Below, in pieces: positions 1-9,712 of a stretch of 30,042 bases of DNA. Source of the stretch: a virus (Duplodnaviria > Heunggongvirae > Uroviricota > Caudoviricetes); IMG/VR virus record IMGVR_UViG_2711768048_000007; one strand, given 5' to 3'. The stretch's first letter is position 1. Each line of letters begins with the position of its first letter. Made by a program: the position numbers and the translations under genes. The notes below the pieces were generated by a model that did no database searches, was not told the DNA's origin, and saw nothing but the letters and a program-made list of their open reading frames with translations.

Positions 1-39
1 ATGGCGCTCATAAATCTGGTATACTTACCTTTACACATT

Positions 40-402
40 GGGGCTGATTCTGGATTCGACGGGATTTGCGAAACCCAAGGTGCATGCCGAGGGGCGGTTG
101 GCCTCGTAAAAAGCCGCAAAAAATAGTCGCAAACGACGAAAACTACGCTTTAGCAGCTTAATAACCTGCTTAGAGCCCTCTCTCCCTAGCCTCCGCTCTT
201 AGGACGGGGATCAAGAGAGGTCAAACCCAAAAGAGATCGCGTGGAAGCCCTGCCTGGGGTTGAAGCGTTAAAACTTAATCAGGCTAGTTTGTTAGTGGCG
301 TGTCCGTCCGCAGCTGGCAAGCGAATGTAAAGACTGACTAAGCATGTAGTACCGAGGATGTAGGAATTTCGGACGCGGGTTCAACTCCCGCCAGCTCCAC
401 CA
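40..402 (+). ncRNA. ssrA: tmRNA (SsrA), complete
   Basis: Begins GGGGCTGATTCTGGATTCGACGGG and ends with the tRNA-like arm GGTTCAACTCCCGCCAGCTCCACCA; 363 nt, as expected for enterobacterial tmRNA. A TATACT -10-like hexamer lies upstream at 20..25. Confidence 0.95.
358..395. repeat. attL core: 38-bp direct repeat inside the ssrA 3' end
   Basis: ATGTAGGAATTTCGGACGCGGGTTCAACTCCCGCCAGC is repeated exactly at 26630..26667; the sequences diverge immediately after (TCCACCA here, CCACCA at the right copy). Confidence 0.85.
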
Positions 403-412
403 AATAAATCAA

Positions 413-445
413 GGGGTTACGTGAAAGCGTAGCCCTTTTTTCTTT
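413..445 (+). terminator. rho-independent terminator immediately after ssrA
   Basis: Stem GGGTTACG / CGTAGCCC (one G-U pair), loop TGAAAG, followed by TTTTTTCTTT, 11 nt after the tmRNA CCA end. Confidence 0.6.
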
Positions 446-510
446 AGTAGTGGCGGCAAAATGGCGGCAGACATTCAGTCAAGCCCAGTTGCTACTACAT
501 GCGATCGCAA

Positions 511-1284
511 TTACAACTTAAAGAGTTTCGCTTGCCCTGGATTAACAGCTTCGACGTAGTTTTTGACCCCTATTCTGTGCGGCTCATAATTGCTTGAATA
601 GAAATCAATCAGGAAGTCACTCATTTTCTGAGATGTGACTTTCATAACTCCCTTACTCAAAGTTAAATTAAACACGCTAATCTTTGACGATGGTGCCTGA
701 GTTTTACTCATGTTGGCTTGATAACCAGATTTACGCATTGCCACTAGTGCTTCGTCGTAAGCCGCTTGTAATTGGGCCAAATCGTTTGACGAGATGATCA
801 CATCATCCATAAACACACTTAGCTTGAGATCATGATGTTTGTTCAATCGGCGTAGTAAGCTACCAAAATAACTTTTATCTAAGCAGAGGGTTGCAAGTAT
901 TGGAGATTGAACAAAACCAAAAGGGAGGACATGCTTATGTGGACTATGGGACAAGTTTCTTACAGTTGAAAATGTTGAGATTTCCCGCGCTTGAGAATAG
1001 GTGAAGTAGCTCTTTAGATCACGGGTGATACGACTACGGCTCGTTGACTGAAAAAATTGTTTAATATCAACAACGGCAAAAAAATCACTTTTTAAGTGTA
1101 ATCTGGCAGCTTTAAGATGCCCACCAGTTCTTAGATGGTAAAAATAGAGTGGCGGAATCCACTTGTTTCTGACAGCCTGAAGTATCTTCCCTCCGACTTT
1201 ACGTGCCTCAACGCTTGGGACATAAACCCAAACCCCGGGCTTAATCTCAAATTTATCTTCCCACCTTTGAACTTCTATTGTCAT
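511..1284 (-). CDS. compact reverse transcriptase (257 aa), family unassigned
   Basis: The translation carries RT palm motifs in the correct order: FFAVVDIKQFF (motif A with Asp), PFGFVQSPILATL (motif B-like) and SVFMDDVIIS (catalytic xxDD, FMDD variant). True ATG start, with a TAA two codons upstream in frame. Confidence 0.75.
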   Translation of the reverse strand: MTIEVQRWEDKFEIKPGVWVYVPSVEARKVGGKILQAVRNKWIPPLYFYHLRTGGHLKAARLHLKSDFFAVVDIKQFFQSTSRSRITRDLKSYFTYSQAREISTFSTVRNLSHSPHKHVLPFGFVQSPILATLCLDKSYFGSLLRRLNKHHDLKLSVFMDDVIISSNDLAQLQAAYDEALVAMRKSGYQANMSKTQAPSSKISVFNLTLSKGVMKVTSQKMSDFLIDFYSSNYEPHRIGVKNYVEAVNPGQAKLFKL

Positions 1285-1426
1285 GAGTTAAATTGTTGTA
1301 GTTGAAGGCCATGTTAAGAACGGCGTAAACCGCACCAACTAAGCCAACAAACGCGGTTGCGCATTTGAGCATAGCGGTGATCAGTTCAACACGCGCCTTA
1401 ACTAAGCCAAGTTCGTTTGTATCCAT
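1253..1426 (-). CDS. small membrane peptide (about 57 aa, one hydrophobic helix), upstream of and overlapping the RT gene
   Basis: GGAGG lies 8 nt upstream of the second ATG (MDTNELG...). Hydrophobic stretch LITAMLKCATAFVGLVGAVYAVL. The 3' end overlaps the RT start by 32 bp, suggesting translational coupling. The first in-frame ATG is at 1441. Confidence 0.5.
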   Translation of the reverse strand: MDTNELGLVKARVELITAMLKCATAFVGLVGAVYAVLNMAFNYNNLTHDNRSSKVGR

Positions 1427-1687
1427 AACTTGTTCCTCCATAGATACCTGACGTCTCTTAGCGCAAGCGCATGGCCCTAACTAAATAAAAAATAACAACC
1501 AGTTAGCCCAGAAAGCTTAACAAGTCGGCGTCCGATTACATGGCAATCAGGTAATCGGTCCGCAGTCGCAAAGCGACAAACTACATATCTACGGAGTGGG
1601 GATAAATCCCCGCTAACGTCAGGCATTGTTAATTTAACCTCAACTTATAGAAAAGTATAGTTTTAAATCATGTAGTTATGTCGCCAT

Positions 1688-1906
1688 TTAAATCGGCAAA
1701 CCCACCTGTTTAAATTTATGAGGATGCGGCTGAACCGGATTTGACTCTTTTGGCGTTGCAATCGAACGAACAAAAGTTTCATGGGTAACAAAAGTATGGC
1801 TGCAGTTAATGTTCTGGCACTGGTTGTAACGCTCTTTGGTCAATGAAGATACCTGAAAACTGCTGCGAGTATGGGCGGCACTTCCACACAGTGGGCAAAT
1901 CATCAT
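1688..1906 (-). CDS. ogr: Ogr-type late-gene transcription activator (zinc finger)
   Basis: MMICPLCGSAAHTRSS...YNQCQNINCSHTF gives the C-x2-C ... C-x4-C pattern of P2 Ogr. The start is chosen to give about 72 aa; the longest ORF begins at 1939. Confidence 0.85.
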   Translation of the reverse strand: MMICPLCGSAAHTRSSFQVSSLTKERYNQCQNINCSHTFVTHETFVRSIATPKESNPVQPHPHKFKQVGLPI

Positions 1907-1996
1907 TTTTCGAGTTCTCCCCATTTTTGCTAAATTCACAATAATGATATCGCATTATTCCATTTTTCAAACTTAAAAGTTCTCCATTGTGAAGAA

Positions 1997-3097
1997 TCAT
2001 TCCATTTCGAGATCATCAACCTTCACTTCAAGCTCAAGACTGGTCGTAAAACCATTATCCGGGCTGACGGTATGTGTCAGAGTCGTAATGGTCCATTCCG
2101 CATCATCTATCGGCTGTTTAAAGCCACTGACTTTCACTGGCATTTCCGTGTAGAGATCTGCCCGCCCTTCCGCCAGTTGTAGCGAGAATGACGCAACGCC
2201 GCGTTGCAGGCGTTCCCACTGCATTTTCGCTGCCCGTTCAGCGTTGCTCCGGTTGGCATAAGTGCGATTAAGTACCAGCACGTTTTCATCCGTACCCACC
2301 AGGTAATCGCCCTGCTTCGCTTCCAGCTCTTTCTTCTGCTTCTTAGTCCTGCGCTTACGCTTCACCGTGGTGCTTTCTTTCTTCGCGGGTTCGCGGGTAT
2401 GCAACCAGCTGGCAATTATGCCCGTATAGGCTCCGCGATCTGCCAGGGTAAAGCGGTGACTGTCGCCGTCCTTACGTGTGATAGTGATCACCGGCAGTGG
2501 TTTACCGCTGGCACTTTTGCCCTGTCCCTGCCGGATGAATAACAGATTGCCATTTTTCACCGACGCAATAGCACCGTACTGGCGCGCCAGCCGCATCAGA
2601 AAACTACCGTCACTCTCATTAGTCTGGTCTATATGCTCCACGAGCTTATCCGACAGGTCTTTACCCAGTACCATCTTCAGCTTGTGCCGCGCGGCTATCT
2701 CCTTCACCACTTCCCCAATGGTGGTCTTGTGCCACGATTTTTCACGGCGGGTATTCAGCGTTTCCCGAAAATCAGCACTTCGCGCCCGGATAGTCAGGCG
2801 GTCCGGTGCGCCAGTGTGTTCAATCTCGTCCACCGTGAATGCCCCTTTCGGGAAAAGCGGCTGCCCCTTCCAGCCCAGCGCCAGCGTAATGACCGCACCA
2901 CGGCGCGGCAGCACGATTTTCCCGTCGGCATCGTCCAGCTCCAGATCAAGCTGGTCTGCTTCAAAGCCCCGATTGTCCGTCAGAGTCAGACTCATCAGGC
3001 GGTTGTCCAGCACAGTGGTGATATCCCTGCCTGCAATACTGATGCTGAATGCGGGAGTTTTGTTGCCTTTGTTAAGCAGTTCAGAGCTGAAATTCAC
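1997..3097 (-). CDS. D: tail protein D (late control gene D family)
   Basis: 366 aa, lying between U and ogr as in P2. GTG start overlaps the U stop (GTGA). Confidence 0.85.
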   Translation of the reverse strand: MNFSSELLNKGNKTPAFSISIAGRDITTVLDNRLMSLTLTDNRGFEADQLDLELDDADGKIVLPRRGAVITLALGWKGQPLFPKGAFTVDEIEHTGAPDRLTIRARSADFRETLNTRREKSWHKTTIGEVVKEIAARHKLKMVLGKDLSDKLVEHIDQTNESDGSFLMRLARQYGAIASVKNGNLLFIRQGQGKSASGKPLPVITITRKDGDSHRFTLADRGAYTGIIASWLHTREPAKKESTTVKRKRRTKKQKKELEAKQGDYLVGTDENVLVLNRTYANRSNAERAAKMQWERLQRGVASFSLQLAEGRADLYTEMPVKVSGFKQPIDDAEWTITTLTHTVSPDNGFTTSLELEVKVDDLEME

Positions 3098-3579
3098 GAC
3101 AGCAGCCCTCCCACCGTTTTACTGATATCGCTTAAGGCAGACGTTGCCGTGCCCTGCAGATTATTCAGTTGCGCACTGAGATCACCGAACATATCGGACA
3201 GGGATTCATCCACCCGTTTGAGCGACAGGGTGAACTCAATCCGGCGCGGCATACCGTCGCGGAAAAACTCCGTTTTAGTCTGATTCAGTCCCTCAATCAC
3301 ATACATGCCATAAATCGTGCCGCTGCCTTCAATCAGTGGCCATGCTTTCCCCTGTTCTGCCATCTGCTCCAGTGCCAGCAACGACAGCCTGCCACCTGTT
3401 ATCTCCGGCATAAGAACACCGGAAAGCGTCAGCATGTCGTTGTCCGGTCCCAGAAACTGCGTGGACGGACGTCGGTTTACCCGGCTGTTTGCCGCATGTC
3501 GCCAGCTGCGTTGATACTGCAGTTCCTGATACGGAACGGTGCGCAGCATAAACACGTACAATCCCAGCACCATCATCAT
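3094..3579 (-). CDS. U: tail protein U
   Basis: 161 aa. ATG overlaps the T stop (ATGA). Sits at the P2 gpU position between T and D. Confidence 0.8.
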   Translation of the reverse strand: MMMVLGLYVFMLRTVPYQELQYQRSWRHAANSRVNRRPSTQFLGPDNDMLTLSGVLMPEITGGRLSLLALEQMAEQGKAWPLIEGSGTIYGMYVIEGLNQTKTEFFRDGMPRRIEFTLSLKRVDESLSDMFGDLSAQLNNLQGTATSALSDISKTVGGLLS

Positions 3580-6500
3580 GCGTCGTATCCCCCCTGATCG
3601 CTGTAGTTACTCCTGGCTTTTGCCTTCAGCCTGCGTTCACGTTCATCAAGCTGGCGGGCCACCTCCCGCGCAATATCCTGCGCACTTTGTCCTGGCTGCA
3701 TCTGAATGATGATCTGCGTCGGTGCCTCAATCCGGTGAACGGGCGGCACAGTGGCTGCACGACTCACCATCGCTTCGCCGCCTTTCGCGGGAAGTGCCAA
3801 AGGATGCAACGGTGGAAGCTCTGCAGGCGCGGCAGCAACGCCCATCATTCCGGCAACAACGGCAGCCAGTGCAGCTGTATTTCTCCGGCTGGTCACATTT
3901 GCCGGGCCGTTAACAATTTCCGGCCCGTTTTCACCGACGATGCCAAACTGCCCGCGCGGGATATAGCCGCCGCTGTCATACATCCCCGCAAAGCCATATC
4001 CCCATGATGGAAAACCACCCGATGGCATCATCACTTTACCGTCTGCATTCACCGTCGCAGGTTGCTGACGCGTCACGCTTTCCGGCAGTTTCGCCTTTGC
4101 AGCTTCTTTACTGACAATGCCGAGTTTATCCAGCAACCAGGAAACACCGGATTTCAGGGAGTCCAGCGGATGCATGACCATATTCAGCCCCTCCGCCAGA
4201 GCCTCCCCGAATCGTCGCCCCATTGCCGCTGCGCTCTGCAGTTCAGCAGAGGTCGACTTAACAGGCGTCAGCAGATCAGTAAACCAACCCCACAACGCCT
4301 GCACTTTGTCGCCAATCCACTGAAACACAGGCTTAAGTGGTTCGAATGCAGCACTGATGGGACCTGCCGACGCTTTGAATCCTTCCACCACGCCACCGAG
4401 AAATGCGGTGATGGGTTGCCAGTATTTCCAGACAACCAGCGCCACACCCGCCAGTGCAGTAACCACAAGACCTATCGGACTGAGCAGAGCACCTAACAGA
4501 CCAGATATGGCATACAGGGCAACGCGCAGCATCGCCAGCGGACCGGATGCCAGTACTCGCAGCACCGCGCCTGCGGCAGACAGTCCACCGCGTAGTGCTG
4601 CCAGTGGATTCATAAACATCACAGCAACAGCACGTAAACCGGATAATCCAGACCGCAACAGTGCAACCGGCACACCTGCTACAGTTTTCAGGACATTCCC
4701 CGTCAGTGATGCCGTGCGGCGCAAAGACGACAACGGCGCAGTAAGTAAACCTGCGGCGTTGCCCGATGAAGCAAGCCCGCGTCGCAGCAGTGCCAGTGGA
4801 GCGCCAGCTAACCAGGACAACGCGCTGCTGGTTCGTGTTACTGCTGCCGTAACGGAAGGTAACGTTTTGATACCCAGCACAGAGAATCCCAGACGGATGA
4901 CTGCCAGCGGCCCCAGCACTGCAGCCAGCGCCACCGCTAAGGTGCCGAGGCCTACGGTAACCGCAGCCACAACAGCCGCTACTTTCATCAGTGTGCCTGT
5001 CAGTTCCGGGTTAGCTTCCACCCAGCGGCGCAACGCTCCCGTGATGCTTTTCACCGTGTACAGAATATCCATCAGCGGCTGGCGCAGCGTTTCGCCCAGG
5101 CTGCTGAAGGTGTTCTGCGCTCCGGTTTTGACCAGCAACCACTGAGCAGAAAGTGAGTCTTTGTTGATGTCGGATTCTTTCTGCATGGAACCGAGCGCAT
5201 CATTGCCCGCTGTCAGTTTTAGCTGGCGCTGCAGTTCCGGAAGGTTGTTTGCCAGTTTCGCCGCGTCATCACCAAACTCTTTACCAAACAACATGGTCAT
5301 GGCAGACAGACGCTTGTCCTGCGGCAGTGCGTTCACCTTCTCCAGCACACGCTGGATAGTTCCCATCGCATCCTTCGTCATCTGCTTTTCAATCACTTCA
5401 GGATTGAGTTTCAGCAGATTCATCCCTTCAAAGAAACTCTTGCTTTGCATGGTGGCAATGGACAATTCACGCACCATCGCGTTTGCTGCACTGGCTGCAA
5501 CCTCCGGCGCAGCGCCCAGTGTCAGAAAGGTGGAACCCAGTGCCGCCGCTTTACGATAATCCAGACGGTCAGCCACACCGCCCAGACGTTGCATCACATC
5601 AATGATGTCCGCCCCTTTCGACATGGCGTTATCATCCAGATAGTTCAGCGCATCGCCGAGCTGTTCAATATTGCGGGTAGGTATTTTGTAGAGCTGGGCG
5701 ATTTTCCCCAGACTTTCTGACAGTTCATCCGCTGGCAGCTCAAAGGCTGTTGCCGCCTTTGCTGCCGTACTGGCGAAGGCCAGCAGGTCACGTTTCTGGT
5801 CTTCCCAGCTGTCGTCAGGGTTTGCGACGTTCATGCGCGCACCACCTTCAACCAGTGCAGCGAAGTCCACCGCACCGTTTTCCATCGGCAACTGTTCGCT
5901 GGCAGCCTTGATGGCATCCTGCATTTCATAAAAACGTGCAGTGCGGTTGCCATTATCGTCACGCAGACCATTGACCTGCTTTGCCACACCTTTCATGGCA
6001 TCTTCCATGCTGGTATAGCTTTTTACTGCCGCCATCACTGGCGCACCCATTGCCAGCCCTGCAGCCGTGGTGGTGGCTCCGGCACCTGCAATACGATCAC
6101 GCACCTCCAGCGAACGGGCATAACTGGCACGCGCTGCATTCATCCTGCGCTGAGCTTCCCCCAGTCGCTTCAGCCGCGCCTCCTGTTTCGAAAGTTCCTG
6201 GTTATAACGTGATGTTTCACGGGCTAAACGGGCAGTTGCTCCCGCATCGTCTTTCGCAGAAATTCCCGCCCGGTACAGTTCAGCACGCACAAGCGCCGTC
6301 TGCTGCTGCAGTTTTTTCTGGCGTTCTTCCAGGCGCTGAACAGCCAGCCGTTGACGGCCCAGAGCAACAACCTGACGTTGCGAAGGCGGCCCCATCGCTC
6401 CCAGTTCCTGACTGAGCAAATTTGCACGCTGGCGGGCATAGTTCAGCCTGTCGCCTAATTTCTGATTTTCTGCCTGCAGCTTTCGGAAGCTGTCCAGACT

Positions 6501-6653
6501 GCTCCCGGCCTGATCAAGCTGCTTTATTGCATCGCGGGATTTTTTGACAGCAGCAGCCAGTTCTCTTGAACTGGCCTGCGCAGATCGAAATGGGCGGGTG
6601 AGCTTGTCAACCGCATTAAGAATGACCTGCAGACGCAGGTTGTTATCACTCAT
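3576..6653 (-). CDS. T: tail tape measure protein
   Basis: 1025 aa, with an N-terminal coiled-coil region rich in Q/R/E/L/A and long Ala/Gly/Leu-rich hydrophobic repeats typical of tape measure proteins. Position matches P2 gpT. Confidence 0.9.
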   Translation of the reverse strand: MSDNNLRLQVILNAVDKLTRPFRSAQASSRELAAAVKKSRDAIKQLDQAGSSLDSFRKLQAENQKLGDRLNYARQRANLLSQELGAMGPPSQRQVVALGRQRLAVQRLEERQKKLQQQTALVRAELYRAGISAKDDAGATARLARETSRYNQELSKQEARLKRLGEAQRRMNAARASYARSLEVRDRIAGAGATTTAAGLAMGAPVMAAVKSYTSMEDAMKGVAKQVNGLRDDNGNRTARFYEMQDAIKAASEQLPMENGAVDFAALVEGGARMNVANPDDSWEDQKRDLLAFASTAAKAATAFELPADELSESLGKIAQLYKIPTRNIEQLGDALNYLDDNAMSKGADIIDVMQRLGGVADRLDYRKAAALGSTFLTLGAAPEVAASAANAMVRELSIATMQSKSFFEGMNLLKLNPEVIEKQMTKDAMGTIQRVLEKVNALPQDKRLSAMTMLFGKEFGDDAAKLANNLPELQRQLKLTAGNDALGSMQKESDINKDSLSAQWLLVKTGAQNTFSSLGETLRQPLMDILYTVKSITGALRRWVEANPELTGTLMKVAAVVAAVTVGLGTLAVALAAVLGPLAVIRLGFSVLGIKTLPSVTAAVTRTSSALSWLAGAPLALLRRGLASSGNAAGLLTAPLSSLRRTASLTGNVLKTVAGVPVALLRSGLSGLRAVAVMFMNPLAALRGGLSAAGAVLRVLASGPLAMLRVALYAISGLLGALLSPIGLVVTALAGVALVVWKYWQPITAFLGGVVEGFKASAGPISAAFEPLKPVFQWIGDKVQALWGWFTDLLTPVKSTSAELQSAAAMGRRFGEALAEGLNMVMHPLDSLKSGVSWLLDKLGIVSKEAAKAKLPESVTRQQPATVNADGKVMMPSGGFPSWGYGFAGMYDSGGYIPRGQFGIVGENGPEIVNGPANVTSRRNTAALAAVVAGMMGVAAAPAELPPLHPLALPAKGGEAMVSRAATVPPVHRIEAPTQIIIQMQPGQSAQDIAREVARQLDERERRLKAKARSNYSDQGGYDA

Positions 6654-6779
6654 CGTTGGCCCCGCTTCTCTGAATCGCTTTATACCGCCATTCCAGCACT
6701 TCGGTCAGCGGCATAACGTCAGTAACGGATGGCGGCCAGTGAAAAATGGTGGCGATATCTGCCACCAGATCGTCAACCG

Positions 6780-7082
6780 TCAGGCTGTCGGTAAACCGGC
6801 AAGCACCGACTTCTTCAACAAAAAAGTGACAACCTCAACCGACATGGCAGTGAGATCTGCCGGGTCCATCTCTGCAATTTCCTGTGCAGTCAGTGCCGGA
6901 CTGGAGATGCGGGGGATCACGGTCATCATCGCGTTTACATCCATATCCATAATGGCCTGCAGGCGTGTACCGCGCAGCGCACCGGACTGCGGTTTACGCA
7001 GCACAATTTCGGTGATTTCTGTTTTACCGCGCTTGATGGGGGTATCCAGTTGAATGGTCTTTTCAGTCTGCTTATCGCTCAT
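6780..7082 (-). CDS. E: tail assembly chaperone E; E+E' is made by a -1 frameshift
   Basis: 100-aa ORF directly upstream of T. It contains the slippery heptamer TTTTTTG (minus strand; plus-strand CAAAAAA at 6819..6825) 13 codons before its stop, as in P2 E/E'. Confidence 0.8.
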   Translation of the reverse strand: MSDKQTEKTIQLDTPIKRGKTEITEIVLRKPQSGALRGTRLQAIMDMDVNAMMTVIPRISSPALTAQEIAEMDPADLTAMSVEVVTFLLKKSVLAGLPTA

Positions 7083-7136
7083 TTTGCTGTCCTGTCAATT
7101 GGGTTCTGGCGCGGTATCCCGCGCCGTTCAGATATA

Positions 7137-7652
7137 TCAGAGGCCGAGGGCGTTGCGGTGCGCTTCCATCAGGTCCACACCGTCCACAATTTCCACCATG
7201 TTGATAAGGTCCACTTCATAGAGCACCTCACCATTGATGGTCAGCTTCGCGTAGCTGTTGGTACTGGTCACTTTGGTGGTGTTGCTTTCGCCCGTCTTCC
7301 ACTCGCCGGAATCCACTTCTTTGTGACGTCCACGCACGACAAGCTCCACGGCCTGCACTTCCCCGGTATCGTCACGCTGAATAGAGCCGGTAAAGCGCAG
7401 CTGGATGCCATCCACCGTGGCTTTACCCATCTGTTTAAACAGCAGCAATTCAGTACCACCAATGGAAAATTCTGTGTCCAGCGCACTGTCATCAAGCCCC
7501 AGATCCACATCCACCGCACCCGGCATTCCGCCGCCGCGATACTTCTCATATTTGCGGGTAAATTTCGGCAGCGTCAGCGACTCAACGATCCCCTGCCAGT
7601 TGTTCCCGTCGTTAAACAGGTTCAGGTGTTTTAATTTGCGTGGTAATGCCAT
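7137..7652 (-). CDS. FII: tail tube protein FII
   Basis: 171 aa, immediately downstream of the sheath gene, with an AGGGGA Shine-Dalgarno. Same size and position as P2 FII. Confidence 0.85.
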   Translation of the reverse strand: MALPRKLKHLNLFNDGNNWQGIVESLTLPKFTRKYEKYRGGGMPGAVDVDLGLDDSALDTEFSIGGTELLLFKQMGKATVDGIQLRFTGSIQRDDTGEVQAVELVVRGRHKEVDSGEWKTGESNTTKVTSTNSYAKLTINGEVLYEVDLINMVEIVDGVDLMEAHRNALGL

Positions 7653-7661
7653 GTTGTCCCC

Positions 7662-8765
7662 TTACGCGCTGACCTGGCTGGCGAAATTCACCAGGTACTG
7701 ATCGGTGATGCGCTGACGCAGCATCAGGTTTTCAAGTGGCGGCACTGGCGTGTAGTCGTAGTCGATGGTGAGTTTTCCGGCTTTCAGCGTGTCTTTGTCG
7801 TTCACCGACTCATCCAGCCAGCAATCACCACCAATGAGATAGCCCTGACTGACCAGGCTGCGCATTTTGGCGCGGATACCTTCGATAATGTCGCGGGCCA
7901 GCGACGGGTTAAGCGGTTTATCCACCGCCCACATGTGTGCTTCTGCCATCGTGTCCATCAGCACCTGCGCCGTGCGGGTGTAGTTTTCGAAGGCAAAGAG
8001 CGGGTCATCACTCAGGCAGCGGGAACCCCAGAAGCGGAAACCGTCTTTACGCACAAGCGTGGTGACGTCGTTCTGGTTCAGCAGACCTGCATCGGTTGCC
8101 GGGTCCTGCAGATCCCAGAACACATCTGCAGAAATTCCGGTGACACCGTTCACGCCCACGTTGGACAGGCTTTTGTGCCATCCGGTCTGCTCGTCAATTT
8201 TGGCGCGCAGACCAAGCGCACGGGCGGTGGCATATGCCGTTGCTTCGGCATTCAGCACCGTGTCCCAGCCAGTAAAGTCAGGCCAGATCAGCATCCCTTC
8301 GCGCTGGCTGAAGTTTTCACGGTAAGTGATCGCCTCCTGCACTGTCTTGCAGCCATACGCTGACAGGTAAGCAAATCCACGCAGGCTTTGCGCCACGCTC
8401 AGCAACTCAGTAGCTACCGCCTTGGTGTCGTGGCCTGGCACGCCGAGAATGCGCGGTTTAACGCCGAGCTGTGACTGGGCAGATAACAGGGCTTTCATAC
8501 CTGTTTTTTTACCTTCAGCAGTCACTGCGCCGATGATATTGGTCGTGGTTTCGTCTTCCGTTTCACCCTGCGGCACACGCACAACAATGGTCACGGGTTT
8601 TGCCTGGTCAGCGATGGCATCCAGCGAACGGGCCAGAGTACCTGACTCACCCGCTTTACCGCTGGCAGTCAGCACATCAGTGATCAGCACGGGTTTATTA
8701 AGAGGAAACATTTTTGCATCGGCATCATCGCCCGTGCAGACCATACCCACGATGGCGGTGCTCAT
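7662..8765 (-). CDS. FI: contractile tail sheath protein FI, lacking about 23 N-terminal codons
   Basis: 367 aa beginning [11 protein letters not shown], which corresponds to an internal segment of P2 FI (as I recall its sequence); in this window the upstream reading frame is closed by a stop within nine codons. Confidence 0.8.
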   Translation of the reverse strand: MSTAIVGMVCTGDDADAKMFPLNKPVLITDVLTASGKAGESGTLARSLDAIADQAKPVTIVVRVPQGETEDETTTNIIGAVTAEGKKTGMKALLSAQSQLGVKPRILGVPGHDTKAVATELLSVAQSLRGFAYLSAYGCKTVQEAITYRENFSQREGMLIWPDFTGWDTVLNAEATAYATARALGLRAKIDEQTGWHKSLSNVGVNGVTGISADVFWDLQDPATDAGLLNQNDVTTLVRKDGFRFWGSRCLSDDPLFAFENYTRTAQVLMDTMAEAHMWAVDKPLNPSLARDIIEGIRAKMRSLVSQGYLIGGDCWLDESVNDKDTLKAGKLTIDYDYTPVPPLENLMLRQRITDQYLVNFASQVSA

Positions 8766-9702
8766 TCCCCAGTGCCGCCGCCAGTTCGTTCAGTGTATCC
8801 AGTGCAGCAGGTGCAGAACCCACCATTCCTGCAATCGCCGATTTCACAAAAGCCGTAGTGGCAATCTGTGTATTGTTGACCGACTGCGCCGCCGTGGGGG
8901 CTGTTGGCGTTCCGGTGAGTGCCGGACTCGACAACGGTGCTTTTAGTGCCAGCGCATTGTTAATGGTGGTACTGAAATTCGGATCATTGTTAATGGCTGC
9001 GGCTATTTCTTTCAGCGTGTCCAGCGTGGCTGGCGCACCATTAATAAGGGCCGTCAGTGCCGCCTGTACAAACGCAGTGGTCGCAACCTGCGTGGTATTA
9101 TTCCCCGCCGCTGGCGTTGGCGCTTTGGGGGTTCCGGTAAATGTCGGGCTGGCTTTTGGCGCGTACTGTGAATGCGGGTCCGGTGCGGCAAGATGTTTTG
9201 CCATCTGATCATCCGCGTAAACCTTCAGCTCCAGTGCCTTGTCATCCACATACTTGCGGGTTGCCAGCACTACAGCAGGGTCGATTTTCAGGGTGATATT
9301 GTCCGTGCTGCTGGTAATCAGCACCATGCGCACGGTCTGAGTGCGCCCGCTACCTTCAGCCAGTTGCGGCTTATAGCTTTCCGGGCAGTTGCCCACGGCA
9401 ATCAATGCCCCGGACTCATCAAACAAGCCCACTTCACGTATCCACCAACCGCCCTCGTTTTCAGGGATCACCTGTTCGGCAATAATCTGGCTGCTGTTCT
9501 GCGGGTCGATATAAAGCATATTCAGCGCAGCCCGGCGTTTCTCATTTACCAGTGCCGTCTGCTTTGCGTCCGGCGTTGGCAATACTCCACCGCCATCGCC
9601 CACCGCCATATGGGTAATTTTTAGCGGCACACCGAGCGCGGCGGCGCTGGCAAGTTTCGCCGCGCCAATATCCGTCAGCAGGGTATAAAATTTTGTGCTC
9701 AT
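8725..9702 (-). CDS. H: tail fibre protein H, N-terminal half only (truncated and fused to the FI 5' region)
   Basis: N-terminus [26 protein letters not shown]...MAVGDGGG and two TGTPxAPT...NNTQxATTAFV repeats are typical of P2-type fibre N-termini. The ORF stops after ...[20 protein letters not shown], and that tail is the FI start region read in another frame. No receptor-binding C-terminal domain. Confidence 0.7.
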   Translation of the reverse strand: MSTKFYTLLTDIGAAKLASAAALGVPLKITHMAVGDGGGVLPTPDAKQTALVNEKRRAALNMLYIDPQNSSQIIAEQVIPENEGGWWIREVGLFDESGALIAVGNCPESYKPQLAEGSGRTQTVRMVLITSSTDNITLKIDPAVVLATRKYVDDKALELKVYADDQMAKHLAAPDPHSQYAPKASPTFTGTPKAPTPAAGNNTTQVATTAFVQAALTALINGAPATLDTLKEIAAAINNDPNFSTTINNALALKAPLSSPALTGTPTAPTAAQSVNNTQIATTAFVKSAIAGMVGSAPAALDTLNELAAALGNEHRHRGYGLHGR

Positions 9703-9712
9703 GGATTCACTC

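Noticed and set aside
511-1284. The RT as a classical retron RT (Ec67/Ec86/Ec73 type) or Abi-P2
   Set aside because: The protein is much shorter, has FMDD rather than YADD, lacks the retron VTG signature, and is not at the Z/fun locus where Abi-P2 was described. I therefore left it unassigned rather than naming a family.
1806-2000. 64-aa ORF overlapping the ogr/D junction
   Set aside because: Overlaps ogr in another frame and has no ribosome-binding site; spurious.
2204-9624. Many plus-strand ORFs of 60-260 aa (for example 2204..2542, 2478..3125, 2633..3283, 4357..5145, 5161..5559, 5981..6415, 7050..7634, 8422..8946, 8714..9208, 9172..9624)
   Set aside because: They lie antisense to, and wholly inside, well-supported minus-strand structural genes. 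Their translations are low-complexity (Ala/Arg/Pro/Ser-rich), as expected for the opposite strand of GC-rich coding DNA.
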